Shown piece after piece: positions 25,353 to 37,494 of a DNA stretch of 54,314 bases. How positions within the stretch are numbered: the stretch's first letter is position 1; each line of letters begins with the position of its first letter. Source of the stretch: Chromera velia (taxonomy: Eukaryota). Where the stretch lies: NCBI GenBank assembly GCA_018398765.1, contig JAHBMJ010000222.1, positions 1-54,314 of the forward strand, in the 5' to 3' direction. The notes below the pieces were generated by a model. The model ran no database searches, had not been told where the DNA came from, and was given only the letters and a program-made list of their open reading frames with translations. Made by a program: the position numbers and the translations under genes.

Positions 25353-26074
25353 TTCTTGACAGTCGATCGACTAATCAGCTTGCCATGCATCAATGGGCCC
25401 TTAAAATTAGTCTTTGAGAAATACACATCTACCACTTCTTAATTGAATCGCTCCTTTCCTATTTGTTGACGTACAAGTGTCATTCAGGCACTCATTACAA
25501 TGCATGAAGTCGATCGCCAACAACACATGCACAACAGTTGCACAACAGATCAAACGGTACGCGTAGATGGATCGATCAGTCCTCACGGCGACGCGTGCAC
25601 GCGCGTGGACTAATGGCGTCGCATGCATGCCACGTCTCCAAATTGAACCTTCACGAGAATAATGCATGGACTCACATGCACCGACCAGAGACCAGAACAA
25701 ATCAGATGAGAATATACACCGCGCATGCAGGGTAACAATGATTGGCAGCGCACAACTGCATAAGGGTTGGCCCTATGCTTTTGTCTCCACAGAATCTCAC
25801 TGCTGCTCATGTAACCAAGACGTTTGTTCTAACATACTTTTTCTTAAAATTTTTCCTAAAAAAGAAATTTGAAGTCATTTATCCTCCATTGAAACATCTT
25901 ACTGCATCTGGCCGCGTTTTCCTTGCGCTAACTGCTGGTACAGTGGCACATCAGAGTTAAAATTGTCCCAACTTGACCTAATCTGGTCACAGAGCGCCTC
26001 TTTCTTCCGAGTACACCGTTTAAACTGTGCACTTCGCTTTTTGCACACCCATCTTCAAAGCTAGCTGCGACTTG

Positions 26075-27085
26075 TGCTGACTTACTGGTTGACTGGTAGG
26101 CTGACTGACTAGCTGACTTTAAGTTACTGACAGATAGACAGACAGACTGACTAACTGACTGACTGACTCACTGTCTGGCTCACTGACTCACTGATTGAAG
26201 GACTCATAACTCATGACTCACTAACTGACTGACTGACCGACTGACCCACTGACTGACTGACTGACTGACTGACTGACTGACTTACTGATTTATTGACTAA
26301 CTGACTTTCTGACTCATTGACTGACTAACTTACTGACTGACTAACTGACTCATGACTAACTGACTGATTGACTGACTGACTGACTGACTGACTGTGTCAG
26401 ACTGACTGACTGACTGACTGACTGACTAAGTCAGACTGACTGACTGACTGACTCACTGACTCACTCTAGGACTCACTAACTGACCATGGCTGACTAACTG
26501 CCTGACTTGCGGAATGACTCGCGCGGGCTGAGTGGCTGGCTGACTTGCGCTGACTTACTGGTTGACTGGCAGGCTGACTGACAGGCTGACTTACTGACAG
26601 ATTAACTGATTGACTGACTCACTGTCTGGCTGACTAACTCGCTGACTGACTGATTTATAACTCACTGACTGACTGACTGACTCACCGACTGACTGGCTGA
26701 ATCTGGTTGACTCACTGGCTTACTGACTGACTCATGACTGATTGACTGACTGATCGACTCTCCAACTGACTGGCTGACTGACTGGCTCACTGACTGACTC
26801 ACTGACTGACTGACTGACTGACTGACTGACTCACTGACTCACTGACTCACTGACTCACTGACTCACTGACTGGCTGATTGACTAGCTGACTGCCTGGCTG
26901 ACTGACTGGCTGACTGACTGGCTGATTTGCGCTGACTTGCTGGTTGACTGCCAGTGGCTGGCTGACTGGCAGACTGACTGACTGGCTTGCTAGCTGATAA
27001 GCTAACTGGCTGACTGATTGACTGGCTCAGCCTGGCTGTCAGTGAGTGATTGACGGGGGGGCTCACTGGATCTGACTGGCTGCAT
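26075..27085. repeat. (GACT)n-based simple repeat array
   Basis: Visible GACT/CACT/GGCT tetramer runs. Confidence 0.95.
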
Positions 27086-27626
27086 AACTGCCTCCGCTTC
27101 GCGTAGACAGCAGGACATAACAAGAGACCGTAGGAGATAGAAAGAGACGGATTCTAACGGAAAGAGACGGCTTAGTCCCTCCCTCTACAAGTTGTAAAGA
27201 AAGGCTGGGCAGAACACTATCTTCATTTTGGCTCTGGTCTTGGCTCCGGAGCCTCTGATGCAGACTGCCAAGTTGATAGAAAAAACATGAGAAGACATTG
27301 AAAAGCATGAGAGACCGGACTCATCGGGACTCATGCACAAACACCGATGATCAACAAACAATGTACATACATGCATACATATGTCACGTCATACCTCCGA
27401 CAAGGTCCATACAAGCGGCGCCGGCCTTCGGCACCCACTGGCAAGCTAGGTCCAGGCAGCGCTTCAGTACCCATCGGCAGTGTTCAAGCGGCGCCTTCGG
27501 CGCCTACCGGCAGTAACAGTTTCCTGGCGGCGCCTACGGCGCCTACTAGAAACTTCTTCAGTAGGCTTTTAGCCCACCGGCATCTTCCTATTTCAAAAAC
27601 GGCTTTCTGACCACTACCCTGGGGGT

Positions 27627-30600
27627 TATAGTTTCCGAAAGGATAGTACATTGTACTATCGAATAGTACAATAGGATAGTACCTGATGTACCTTAAGGGC
27701 AGGGGGGGGGCAGGCTTAGGGATATTTAGGGTCCATCCTAGGGTTCATCCTAGGGCCCATCCTAAATTAACTCTAGCGTTGATTAAATAGATTTCCAAAA
27801 TTTTCTAAATCATAAAACATTGATTATTAAAACAAAAGAATATAATCAAAATTGTTCATATAGCTTCATGCATGGAAGTTATTCGAGTACTTGAAGTGGA
27901 GGGCCACATGGCTAAGTACCTCTATATGCTCAACAAGCTGAAGAGAATGATCGCTGCCTCTATTTGCTCGCTGTCATGCTATGACCACGTGTACAAGGAT
28001 AAGAGGAACCGATTGATGCAAAAGCATCAGAACATTGAAGTCTGAACCTACACCAACCTTGAAGTCCGTCTGCTTCGCCTGTACTAGAAGCAGGCTGGTA
28101 TCTCCATGTCTAAGATATGCATTCATGCCATTGAGTCTCTCGGTTTGTTCGAGTGGGAGGACGGTTATGCATTCGACACAGATTCTGAGGGAGAGCTCTT
28201 AGAGGCTCACTTAGATGCATTTGGCCTACGCTCCCACGAGGAGGCTGTTTGAGGGGGGGGGGGGGNGGGGGGGGGGGGGGAAGAGGGTACCTCCCTAAAC
28301 CTAATGTCCACTTGAAAAAAAAAATATTAAGATCGTCCGCGCCTGCGGCACGGCCAATCAAGTCCATCCAAATTTGCGGCCTAGCGAATCTTATTCAAAG
28401 AATATAAAAAAAAATTAAAAAATAATAACGTATAAATAAATTGATCTATTGCCTTTAAAATACTATTCATACCTAGGTTTCGTACATATCATTATATATA
28501 ATCATACAATATCAATATTACATCCTAGATTATATCATACATAGCTCGGTGCCAGTATACGGTCATATATAATATCTCTATTCATTCATCTTCTGAATCA
28601 GAATCAGCAAGATTGCTCAACCTGCAGATTTCACGGGCTTGCACCTGCGTTTGGCAAGCTCGCACTCTCAGACTGCACGTTTGACAAAGAGCAAGCCTCT
28701 TTTGTTGCTCTTGTCTCTCTGCCTCTCTCTGCTGGGCCTCACTCTGTTCCTGCCCAGCCGCTGCCAGAAAATTTGAAGACGAAGAAGCTTGGGCAGAGCC
28801 TGTAAGCGGAGAGGCAACTTGTTGTGATGAAGACACAAGAAAAGGGGAAGATGCGGAGACCGTTCACGAAAATCTGTATTCAAAATTTGTCTGTAGTGTC
28901 TTTTCTGAGTGGGGAGACCACTACTGTCTCGCATCTGCGTACAAGTCAAACACAATTGCCCTTCTCACTTCCTCAACAGGATTTTTTCCCTCAGTGAGGG
29001 TGAGAGATGACAAGAGAGCGGGCATGAAGCTCATTTCTGGCCTTCTGCTTGCTCAGTGAAAACAAGCCATTCACTGAAATTGCTCTCTGTCTCTCTTGCC
29101 TTCTCTACCTCACTGTGTTGGACTGCTGAGTGCGTGCTACAAATTGATCTCCCCATGAGACTATATGGGAGAGAAGTTCAAAATTGAAGAACAAAGATGC
29201 AGGCTTGAAGGCCCCCCCTCCCACTTCCTGATTGAATTTCACGATGCACCCTCCCCGAAACTCAACAGCATAACCAAAGTCTGACAGAGGGATGAGGTCT
29301 ATGCAGTATGTAACTCCATGGTCAAGGAAGAACTTTCCGTCTCCATCTCTTCCAAGAGGTGTGATCACAGCGTATCCTTTCTCAATATCTGATTTTTTGA
29401 TTGACTGTATGCGATACAGTCTTCCTGCTGATGACCTTTCCTGCGTGCGATACGGAGCTCTTCAACATAAGTGAACATGCAATGCACTGCTGCTCTTTTT
29501 CTGTCTATGAGTTCGATTAACATCAACTCGTACACACCATACACTTAAAACCCATTCCCTTCTCTGCCGTCTTCAATCATAGCTTGCTTTGTCTGCGATC
29601 AAAAACGCAGGCATCCTTGCTACTGTCTGTTTGTGGAGGAGACGGGTCAAAACTTCCGAAAGCCCCTCGCGGCAATGGTGCTGAGGTACATTCCCTCACT
29701 ATTATGTAACAGTAAGCTTTTCTTTTCTCTCCCCTGTTATGTTACGTTGGGTACTCTGAGAGGCAAAGTAATTGAACAAAAAGTCTGAAAGTCCGTCAAT
29801 CTCATCGATTTTTTTTTTTTTCAGGGTTGTTTGGACATACTTGCACTTCGGAAGACGGGTGGACATGCATGCAGCTGCGATTCTTTAGATACCTGCGATT
29901 CTTTGGACACTTGCATACGGCGCTGCCTTTCAAGACACCGCCCACGCCTGCGGCACGGCCGGTCAAGACACTGCCCGCGCCTGCGGCGCAGGCCCTCAAG
30001 ATACCTCCCGCGCTTGCGGCGCGGGCGTTCAAGCCTATCTAAAAATGCGGGCCCACCATTCAAGTGGATCTTAGGTTCAGGGAAGTAGAAGGAGGGAGGG
30101 TATTCAGTTAAGTGAACTCTGTTGTGCAGGCTCTTTCTCATTCATTCACTCATTCTGGAGGCCTCTACAGATGTTCTAACTAGTTCTAACACTCAAAAAA
30201 TGTCATAAATATTTTATAAAACGTTAAACTCTGCCTAGATACTGCGTAATAATTGATAGATAGCCTATGACACTTAGAAAATAATAATATTAATTAATAT
30301 TTATTGATAGTACTATTAGGATAGTACATTATACTATCACATTCAGTACAAAGGGTCTTAGTACATTGGAATTCCAGTGTAGTACAGTATATTATGGCAA
30401 CTATAACACTGTTTTGGCTGCCTACGGGGCTGGCTCTAGACAGGGGGGGTAAAAGCAGTCCATATAAGATCATACATCCCTATGATTCTGGTTCTAGACA
30501 ATGGGATCCCAGCGTGCCTCTGATGTAGGCAAAGGAGACGGAGGTTGGTGTAAGTCTTAACCAGGTCCTCTAAGTTAGAAAATTTTAGAAATCTTTTAAT

Positions 30601-30735
30601 CAACCCTAGGATCTATTTAGGATAGATTTTAGGAAGGCCACTGTGCCTGCGCCTCCCCCCCCCTCTTAAAGTATATCAGGTACTATCCTATTATACTATC
30701 CAATAGTACAATGTACTATCCTTTTGGCAACTATG
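27627..30735. mobile_element. ~3.1-kb element with long imperfect TIRs (YATAGTT..GATAGTACATTGTACTAT) and decayed internal ORFs
   Basis: 27627-27810 matches the reverse complement of ~30570-30735. An extra end-like copy ends near 30405. No TSD found. Coding remnants at ~27870-28250 (+) and ~28580-29700 (-). Confidence 0.75.
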
Positions 30736-31784
30736 TCCGTGCGAGCTGCTTGAGGGGCACTTTTTCCTAATGGCGACACAGCTGTAGAGACAGACAGAAC
30801 CGAACCCTCAATTAACCCCATCCAACCATATCCGACCAGACAGTGACTTCATGCAGTTGCGAGTGCCAGCATAATCAGTGCATGGCAATGTCTGTCTCAT
30901 CTGCCCGGCCTTACGCAACGTATAATTTTCAGAAAAGATCGTTGAACAGCGGGAGAGACTGCCATGGTGGTTCAGACTCCACAGCTCTGCATATGCTGCA
31001 CCTTGCCTACTTAAAACTGTTTATTAAGTCTGTGACCCAGCTAGTTGAGTCGTGGCCTTTTGAATCCTACTTACGCCATTGCTTGATTAGCCTCATCCCG
31101 TATCGGCTACTTAGTGCCGCGGGGTGGGCGCTGCTGTTTCTGGTTCGCTTGCAATCCCCCTAGTCTCTGTAGCAGGCGGTTGAGCCGGGCTGCTGCTTGT
31201 ATGCTGGAGCTTACTAGGTGGTGCTAACGATGTATTAGGACCAGGCTTGCAGCGTAAACAAGTGGGGGACCATCGTCTTATAGTTGGGCGCTTCTTGATT
31301 CTATCTAATATAGCTAGGTAATTTACTCAAGCGGGCTGGGCGGGCATCAAATTTTACACGCCTGTGGGCAAACCCTTGACTGCCCGACCCACTCGTTTTT
31401 CTAGCCCTCCAAAATTCCGGTTTTTCGATAGGAAAAAAAAATATGCACGCGTAAACAGAGATGGCTCCTGCCACCTGCTCTGCTTCGTTACGTCTGAACC
31501 TTCGTTCAACTTCCTGGACAAGCCTTATATAGTTGAACTCTCCTTTCAGACTCCACAGCTCTGCATGTGCTGCACTTTGCCTAGTGAAAACTGCGTATCA
31601 AGTACGAGGGCATCGTACGAGGGCTGGGTGCCACTCTCTCCCACCTTTTTATGCTCTCGGGCACCGTACGAGGGCTGGGTGCCACTCTCTCCCGCCTTTT
31701 CATGCTCTGTGCCATTAGTGTTGCAGGTGGCTAAGTACCTCCTTTCTCATGCACTTTTCTCTGGCTGTGTGCTCTGTCGGGGAA

Positions 31785-33345
31785 CCGAGACAGGGCATCT
31801 ACCACTGTATTCATCTCTCTAGGGATATGGACGGCAGCGACTTCTACGTTGAATTTCCCTTCAAGTCTGTGTACTCCCTCTACCAACAGTCCAAGCGTCT
31901 CTTTGAGAGTACGCGTACTGTCGTGGTATTATCTGACAGTACTAAGATCCGCTTCCCTTTCCACACTTCCGGCTACTGGCGGAGCAGACGTGATAATGCT
32001 AAGGGGACTGTCTTCAGTTCTTGCCAATTACTGGATACCAATGCTTGCGGTCCGCACCAGGACCATAGTGTTGCTTTCTTTCTCCATACGCCTCCTCCTC
32101 CCGTTGCTACCGCATCTGTGAAGACGCATTCAACACCTGTGATCTCATGCTGCCAATTTTCTAGCCAATCCCTTGACAAAATGTCCAAACCTCCTGCTGG
32201 TATTTGCCATAACCGCCTTGTCGGGGCTGCCGTCAGGGCTCTCTGCCACCAGGTTAGCCCGTTTTTTATTGCTTCTGTTAGGACCGCTACCATCTTTTGC
32301 CATCTCTTTTCTCCCTTTTTCATAGGTACTTTATTTAATAGCTCATACATGGGTGCTAGCCGCTGCCCTCTTTGCGGTACAACTAGCCGCAGGTGGCCTA
32401 ACAGGCCTACTGTACTGCAGAGTTCATCCATACTCGGGCATGCTCCTCCCTTTAGTAGCTCTTCAATCTTTTTCAATGCTTTCTCTCTCTTTTTCAATAG
32501 TATGTATATTACCATACAGGTAGTATCGATGCCGACTCCTGTGAAGTCTAAGTTCTGGATGGGTAACACTGTCTTGGACTCCTTTACTTTCTATTGCATC
32601 TTTTTTAACAGTCCTATGACTACGTCAAGCACTGCTGCGCATTCTTCCTTTGAATCCGCTGATATCAGGAAGTCGTCGATGTATGTTAGTGAGCTAATCA
32701 CGGCTGAGTTTAGGCTATGCCAACGAAACAGGGCCTGCAAGTGTTCCATGACTCCTTGAAAGACAAATGGCACCACTTTCAGGCCAAAACACATGACTCT
32801 GTATCTGTACCAAGCCCCATTAAACGGGTTGTAGAACCCCAAGAGGTCCACATGGTTAGGATAGATACGAATATGGAAGTATCCGTCCTGTAAGTCTAGC
32901 CCCGTTTCAGCCCGCGAAGGGCATGCCTAACCATAGGGAGCCCCATTACCATGTCTTTTGTTACCTCGTTAATACCTGACACTGTCATGTCTACAATGAT
33001 CCGTAACTCGCTTGAGCCTGGTTTGAGCACCGTACCTAACGGGAATACTACCGCTGGTAGCTTTTCTACTTGTTCAATAAACCCTTTCCCCCTGAGTCTC
33101 AGAAATTCTGCAGCAATTTTCTCTGGGTACTTGAAGATAGACGAGTAGTTGTCCATTCAGACACTCAGGGGCCAATGTTCTAATAGGAGCTTAAGGCCGT
33201 CTTCTAGCATGGATGCTACTCCTTCGTCTAGCCCAAGCTTTCGAGCTACCAGGACATTTAGGACCAGTCCTTTGGTCCAGAGCGCCGGCCGCTCCCATCT
33301 TGGTAGTGGTACCACCTTCAGGGGTGGGAGGCTCCATTCGTACAT
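31785..33345 (-). pseudogene. DIRS/Ngaro-type reverse transcriptase + RNase H
   Basis: RT motifs LRIIVDM, LDLQDGYFHI, YRVMCFGL, LTYIDDFLI (32672-32683). RNase H motifs VFTDA, KRILVLSDNTTV, VHIPREMNTVVDALSR. Stops plus a small deletion near 32895. Confidence 0.88.
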
Positions 33346-33779
33346 GCAGTGCTAGTGGCCATTTAGATTTTAATGGTGGTAGTGGCTTACCGCCTACTGT
33401 TTTACCCTTGCAGCACCCGTGGAGGCTGTCCAGGGCATCGTCGCCCATCTCTGCAGTGTATACTAACAAATTACTACTAATAATATTGAATACTATAGTG
33501 TTCTATATATATTAAGCTGTTACATAGCGTTTGATGATTATGTATAATCTTCTCACATGTCATATTATCAAACGGTCTGTAGTTTAGATAATCTTACCTA
33601 GGTCGATTCTTTGCTTTGAAATTCCCTTCAATCACTGATTCCCTTGCTGATACCTTCTCCTTCTCGGTGCTTGAGTGTCAGCCTTCCCCTTTCTGCCAAC
33701 TACGTGCCCACTGTAACAGTTTTCTTTTCCTCTGACACCTTCTCCTTATCGGTTCCTCGGTGCCAGCCTTAATCTCAGT

Positions 33780-35780
33780 CTGATGCTCACAGCCAAGCTG
33801 CTCCATATCCTATGCCGGCCCCGCCTCGGGCCCCTCTAAACCCCAGGCTGAAGCCTCCTCTCCCTCCCCTGCTGCCCCCCCTACCACCTCCAGGGGGGGA
33901 CCTCTGCCCCCCCTACTGGCCTGGGCTTGTGCGGCTTCCTGCTTCTCTTGTAGGGCAGGGCAGGCTGAGCCGTTCCTCCCGGCTGGCTTTTCAGCCTGGC
34001 CATCTCTGTGTGGTTACCTATTCTCTGGGTGGCCTTATACTCCCCGTAGCAGACGATACATGCCCTCAAGCACTCTCGGGCGGTGTGCCCCTCCTTGTCG
34101 CATGCGTAGCATCTCACCTGCTGCTGCTGTTGCTGCCAGAGGACATGTTACACTGCGGCTGCCGCTCTCTGGGCGTACTAATAACCCGAGTTCCACGCTG
34201 CCATCCCTTGCGTAAAACTGTTCATCTGGGTCTGCAGTGCAGCTACCTCTCCCCTCAGTTTCTTCACCTCCTCAGAGCTAGTCTGTCTCTCCAGACTATC
34301 CCAGATAAGATAAAGGGAGAGATCACTCGCGTGTACTACTTGGAGGGTTGATGCTATACCGTTCGCAGCGTCATATAATACCCTGCCTAGCACTGCTAGG
34401 CCTTCTCGCCTAGCTTCTCGCGCTGCCACCTGGGCAGGGGTTGGCAGACTGCTGGTAACTAACTTGAGCAACGCAGTCATAGCGCGGAACTGCGATTCCA
34501 TATCCTTTATGAACCTTTTCAGCCTTCTTCCTGCATCTATTTCTACTACCAAGGCGTTTGTCATCTCTGTCATTCTCGTCTGCACTGCCTCCTCCCTTCT
34601 TTTCTGAAGGGAGTTGAGGATGTCACCTCAAATGACCCTCAGGTCTTCCGTGTCCTCGATGCTGTTCAAATCGATCGGCTTTCCTTTCCCCCCAATTCTC
34701 TCTGCTAGGTAGTGAGAAAAGAGCTCGGCTATCTGGTAACTCTCTGGCATGATGCATGTGAGATTTTTCGGCATGTGTGGGTGCCTAAAGTCTGTCTCCA
34801 CCGATAGATTTATGAGGGATGCAAAGAACTGCTCATCTCTCTCTGCTGCCCTGTCCCATTCCTGACTTTCGTCTTCATCCTCTGAGAATAATGAGATGTC
34901 CTTTCGCTGGGTGGGTTCGGCGAGAGGATGCTTCTTCCCCCTCTCTTTTTGAGGGATATAGTCAACCAGACATGCCTTCAAACCCTTCCGTTGGCTCTGG
35001 AGCTACGGTCTCACAGCGTTGACGATGGCGGCATCCAACGCACGAGGAGCACCTCTAGCCTCTCTACTTCTACTACTGCTAGAAGCCAATCCCCCTCCAC
35101 GTGCGGCCCAGGCCCTGCAACGCCGCTGCAGCAGTCTTTTGAGCTGCTTTGGAAGCCTTCTGCTTGGATTTAGCAGAAGCCTCCTTCTGGCGCTCCTTTC
35201 TAAACTGGTTCAGTTGAGTGGGATCCAGTCCCTTAATAGCCTTAAGTGCACAAGATACAGGGTTCATATCCCTGTTACCTTCTTTGTGTACACCAAATAT
35301 TACAGCATATCCAGGCGCGTTAGAAAGGTCACCGTTACGGTACCTACAGTCACTGTACACTGTCAGGTTACGATTTATTTTGTTGATGAACTCGCTCCAA
35401 AATATATCAAAATATATTGTTCTCGACCACCTGCGCATGTAATGGCAGTCGTAATGATTAGGTTATTCTCCATTACATTGTCTAATCTACGCTTTCTTAA
35501 CTATCTAATAACTCTAATTTCCTATCTAAACTGACCTCTTTGGTACGAGTACCTGGAGCCGAATGTCCAGCACCCTTGGTTAACGCATCGTCTGGCTGAG
35601 CCACCGGGCCAACCTACTGGCTACCTGCCAAGTCACCCCCCGGGCTCTGACCCTCAGTGTCCCTCTGCTGCGTTTCACCATCTGCCAGTTCCTGTTTGGC
35701 CGACATTGGCTTCCTTTGAGCGAGTAAAAGACTTGAAACTTGACCTTGCATATTGTCAACCTGAATCTCACCTTCACCCT
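33780..35780 (-). pseudogene. Gag-like ORF(s) of the DIRS-like retroelement with CCHC knuckle
   Basis: RCYACDKEGHTAREC near 34075-34115. Collinear ORF pieces upstream of the RT on the same strand. Intron candidate 35431-35535. Confidence 0.7.
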
Positions 35781-37494
35781 CGAATACAGTTTTTACTAAC
35801 TGCTTTCTCTGTTTCCCCCACTTTTTCCTTAATGTCTGCAACCTCTCTTGGCCCTCGCCAGCGTCCTTCTCGACACTGGGTTACAGCTGTCTACGCGGGA
35901 GAACTAGCTCCAGCCGCTGCTTACTGCTCATACACTCAAAATTTGGGCAGCCGTTCATGGTAATGCAGATCAACTACCCTTCGAACGAGCAACAAACGGC
36001 CCTTCGGGACAACTACTAATTGCTAAAAAAATTGGGCAGCCCTCCGGGGGGACCCCACCCACCGAACTAATGGTGGCGTGTCCCCACAGGGCACACACAG
36101 GTGGGCGCTGTAACACCTTCCCGCTGCTTTGGAGGTAGCGGCAGGACAGACGGAGAGCTAGATCCAGAGACACGGCCTAGACAGAGAGATGCATTTCCAA
36201 ACTCTACAGACTCTAGCTTAGTCTAAAGATCTCAGTCAGCTAAAGGATTGGATACAGATAGATCCTTAGCCCTTTGTAGAGTTGAGAAGATTTGGGTTTG
36301 ACTTCTGCTAGCTTGACTAGTTGTCTGGGCTACTAAATGGAAATGGAGCTTTTGGAGTCTCGTTCCCCCACTGCTTTGACTGAATGAGAGAAGCCCACCT
36401 GGTTTCCCCCAGACTCACTCCTCCTAAAATTAGTTCAAAGCCTGGTGGGGACAATCACAGGCACAGCTGTGGATCAGCAGGACAGGCCGGTGGGAGAAGG
36501 AGCTTAGAGGCGCACTCAGCTCTGAGACTCTGCTCGATCCATTGGGTGCACAGACCACCCGCACTGGTCCCACAGTCTGGATAGCAGGGTATAGGGACAA
36601 GGTGTGACACCAGAGGGAGGACAGCCTGAGGATGGGAATGAGGCTTGTTTATGTGGCTTATTGTTGCTCTGTCTTATGCTTTTATTCGCTTTAGAGACGC
36701 ATAAGATTGTGCTTCACTACATCTACTGCAAAGCGTTTTTGGATGCAGTGAGAAATGACCTGAGTCTCATGGAGAAGCTCTCCCCGTTCCGTATTTTCTT
36801 TGCTTTTTTTGGGTATGGTTTTATATTCTTCTTTTATTATGTGCCATTCTGTCTGCCGTAATTTCTGACCAACTGGGTTCCTAGTTGGTGTCATTGCTCT
36901 ACATCCCTTTTTTGTGTGCATGTATGCTTAGTGCTTTTATTGTGGCTTTGTATAGCTGCGAGCGCGGTTGAGAGGGAGATGATTGCAAAGGGTGACCGAC
37001 TCCTTTCATACTCTCATGACGGCTCCGGCTTCTCCGCCCCTGGAGCAGAGGGTGACTCAGAGGTGAGCACGGGCCAAATGGAGACGGAGTCGGATGAAAA
37101 ACGAGAGGCGGGGTGCATATTAATTCACGATCAGGAGGAATACATAGAACTTGGATATGGGGACATTCTCATCAGGTCTATCCTTTTTCAGTTTCTTTTC
37201 AGCGGGTTTGATTCACTTCAGTTGCTAGTTTTCAGATCTGCGCGGTCGGAGACGGCCACCGAGTTAATGATGGTAAATCTTAAAGAGGTTAGAAGAGCGT
37301 TGCAGGAGATGGCTGAGGCCTAGGGCTGAGGCAGCGAGTTTGGAGGAAGTTGCGGGGGAGTGGAGGCAGTGCGTTGCGCTTACAAAAGAAAAGAAAAGCA
37401 GTAGACAGAAGATGGAAGCACAAAAAAAACACGTATGCTCACAGGCAGGCTACTGTAGGAGGCGCGGGGGAGAGAAGAGGACATGGTGTGAGAT

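Larger units (their letters stand above)
19053..25834 (-). mobile_element. Non-autonomous Ty3/gypsy LTR retrotransposon (gag only), 5' LTR interrupted by a nested TIR element
   Basis: Two ~720-bp LTR copies: 19053-19774, and 21247-21510 plus 25353-25834. The second has TGATAGAA...TTCTAACA ends. A purine tract (minus AAAGGGGGTGATC) adjoins the 19053-19774 LTR. Gag lies between; no pol. Confidence 0.88.

Noticed and set aside
30880..30910. Hammerhead ribozyme core near the DIRS end
   Set aside because: CAGATGAG rather than CTGATGA, and no convincing stems or GAAA placement.
31749..32759. 336-aa plus-strand ORF
   Set aside because: Antisense shadow of the DIRS RT/RNase H with no recognisable motif.
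36916..37323. 135-aa ORF with a signal-like start
   Set aside because: Non-ATG start, sits between transposon remnants, no motif support.
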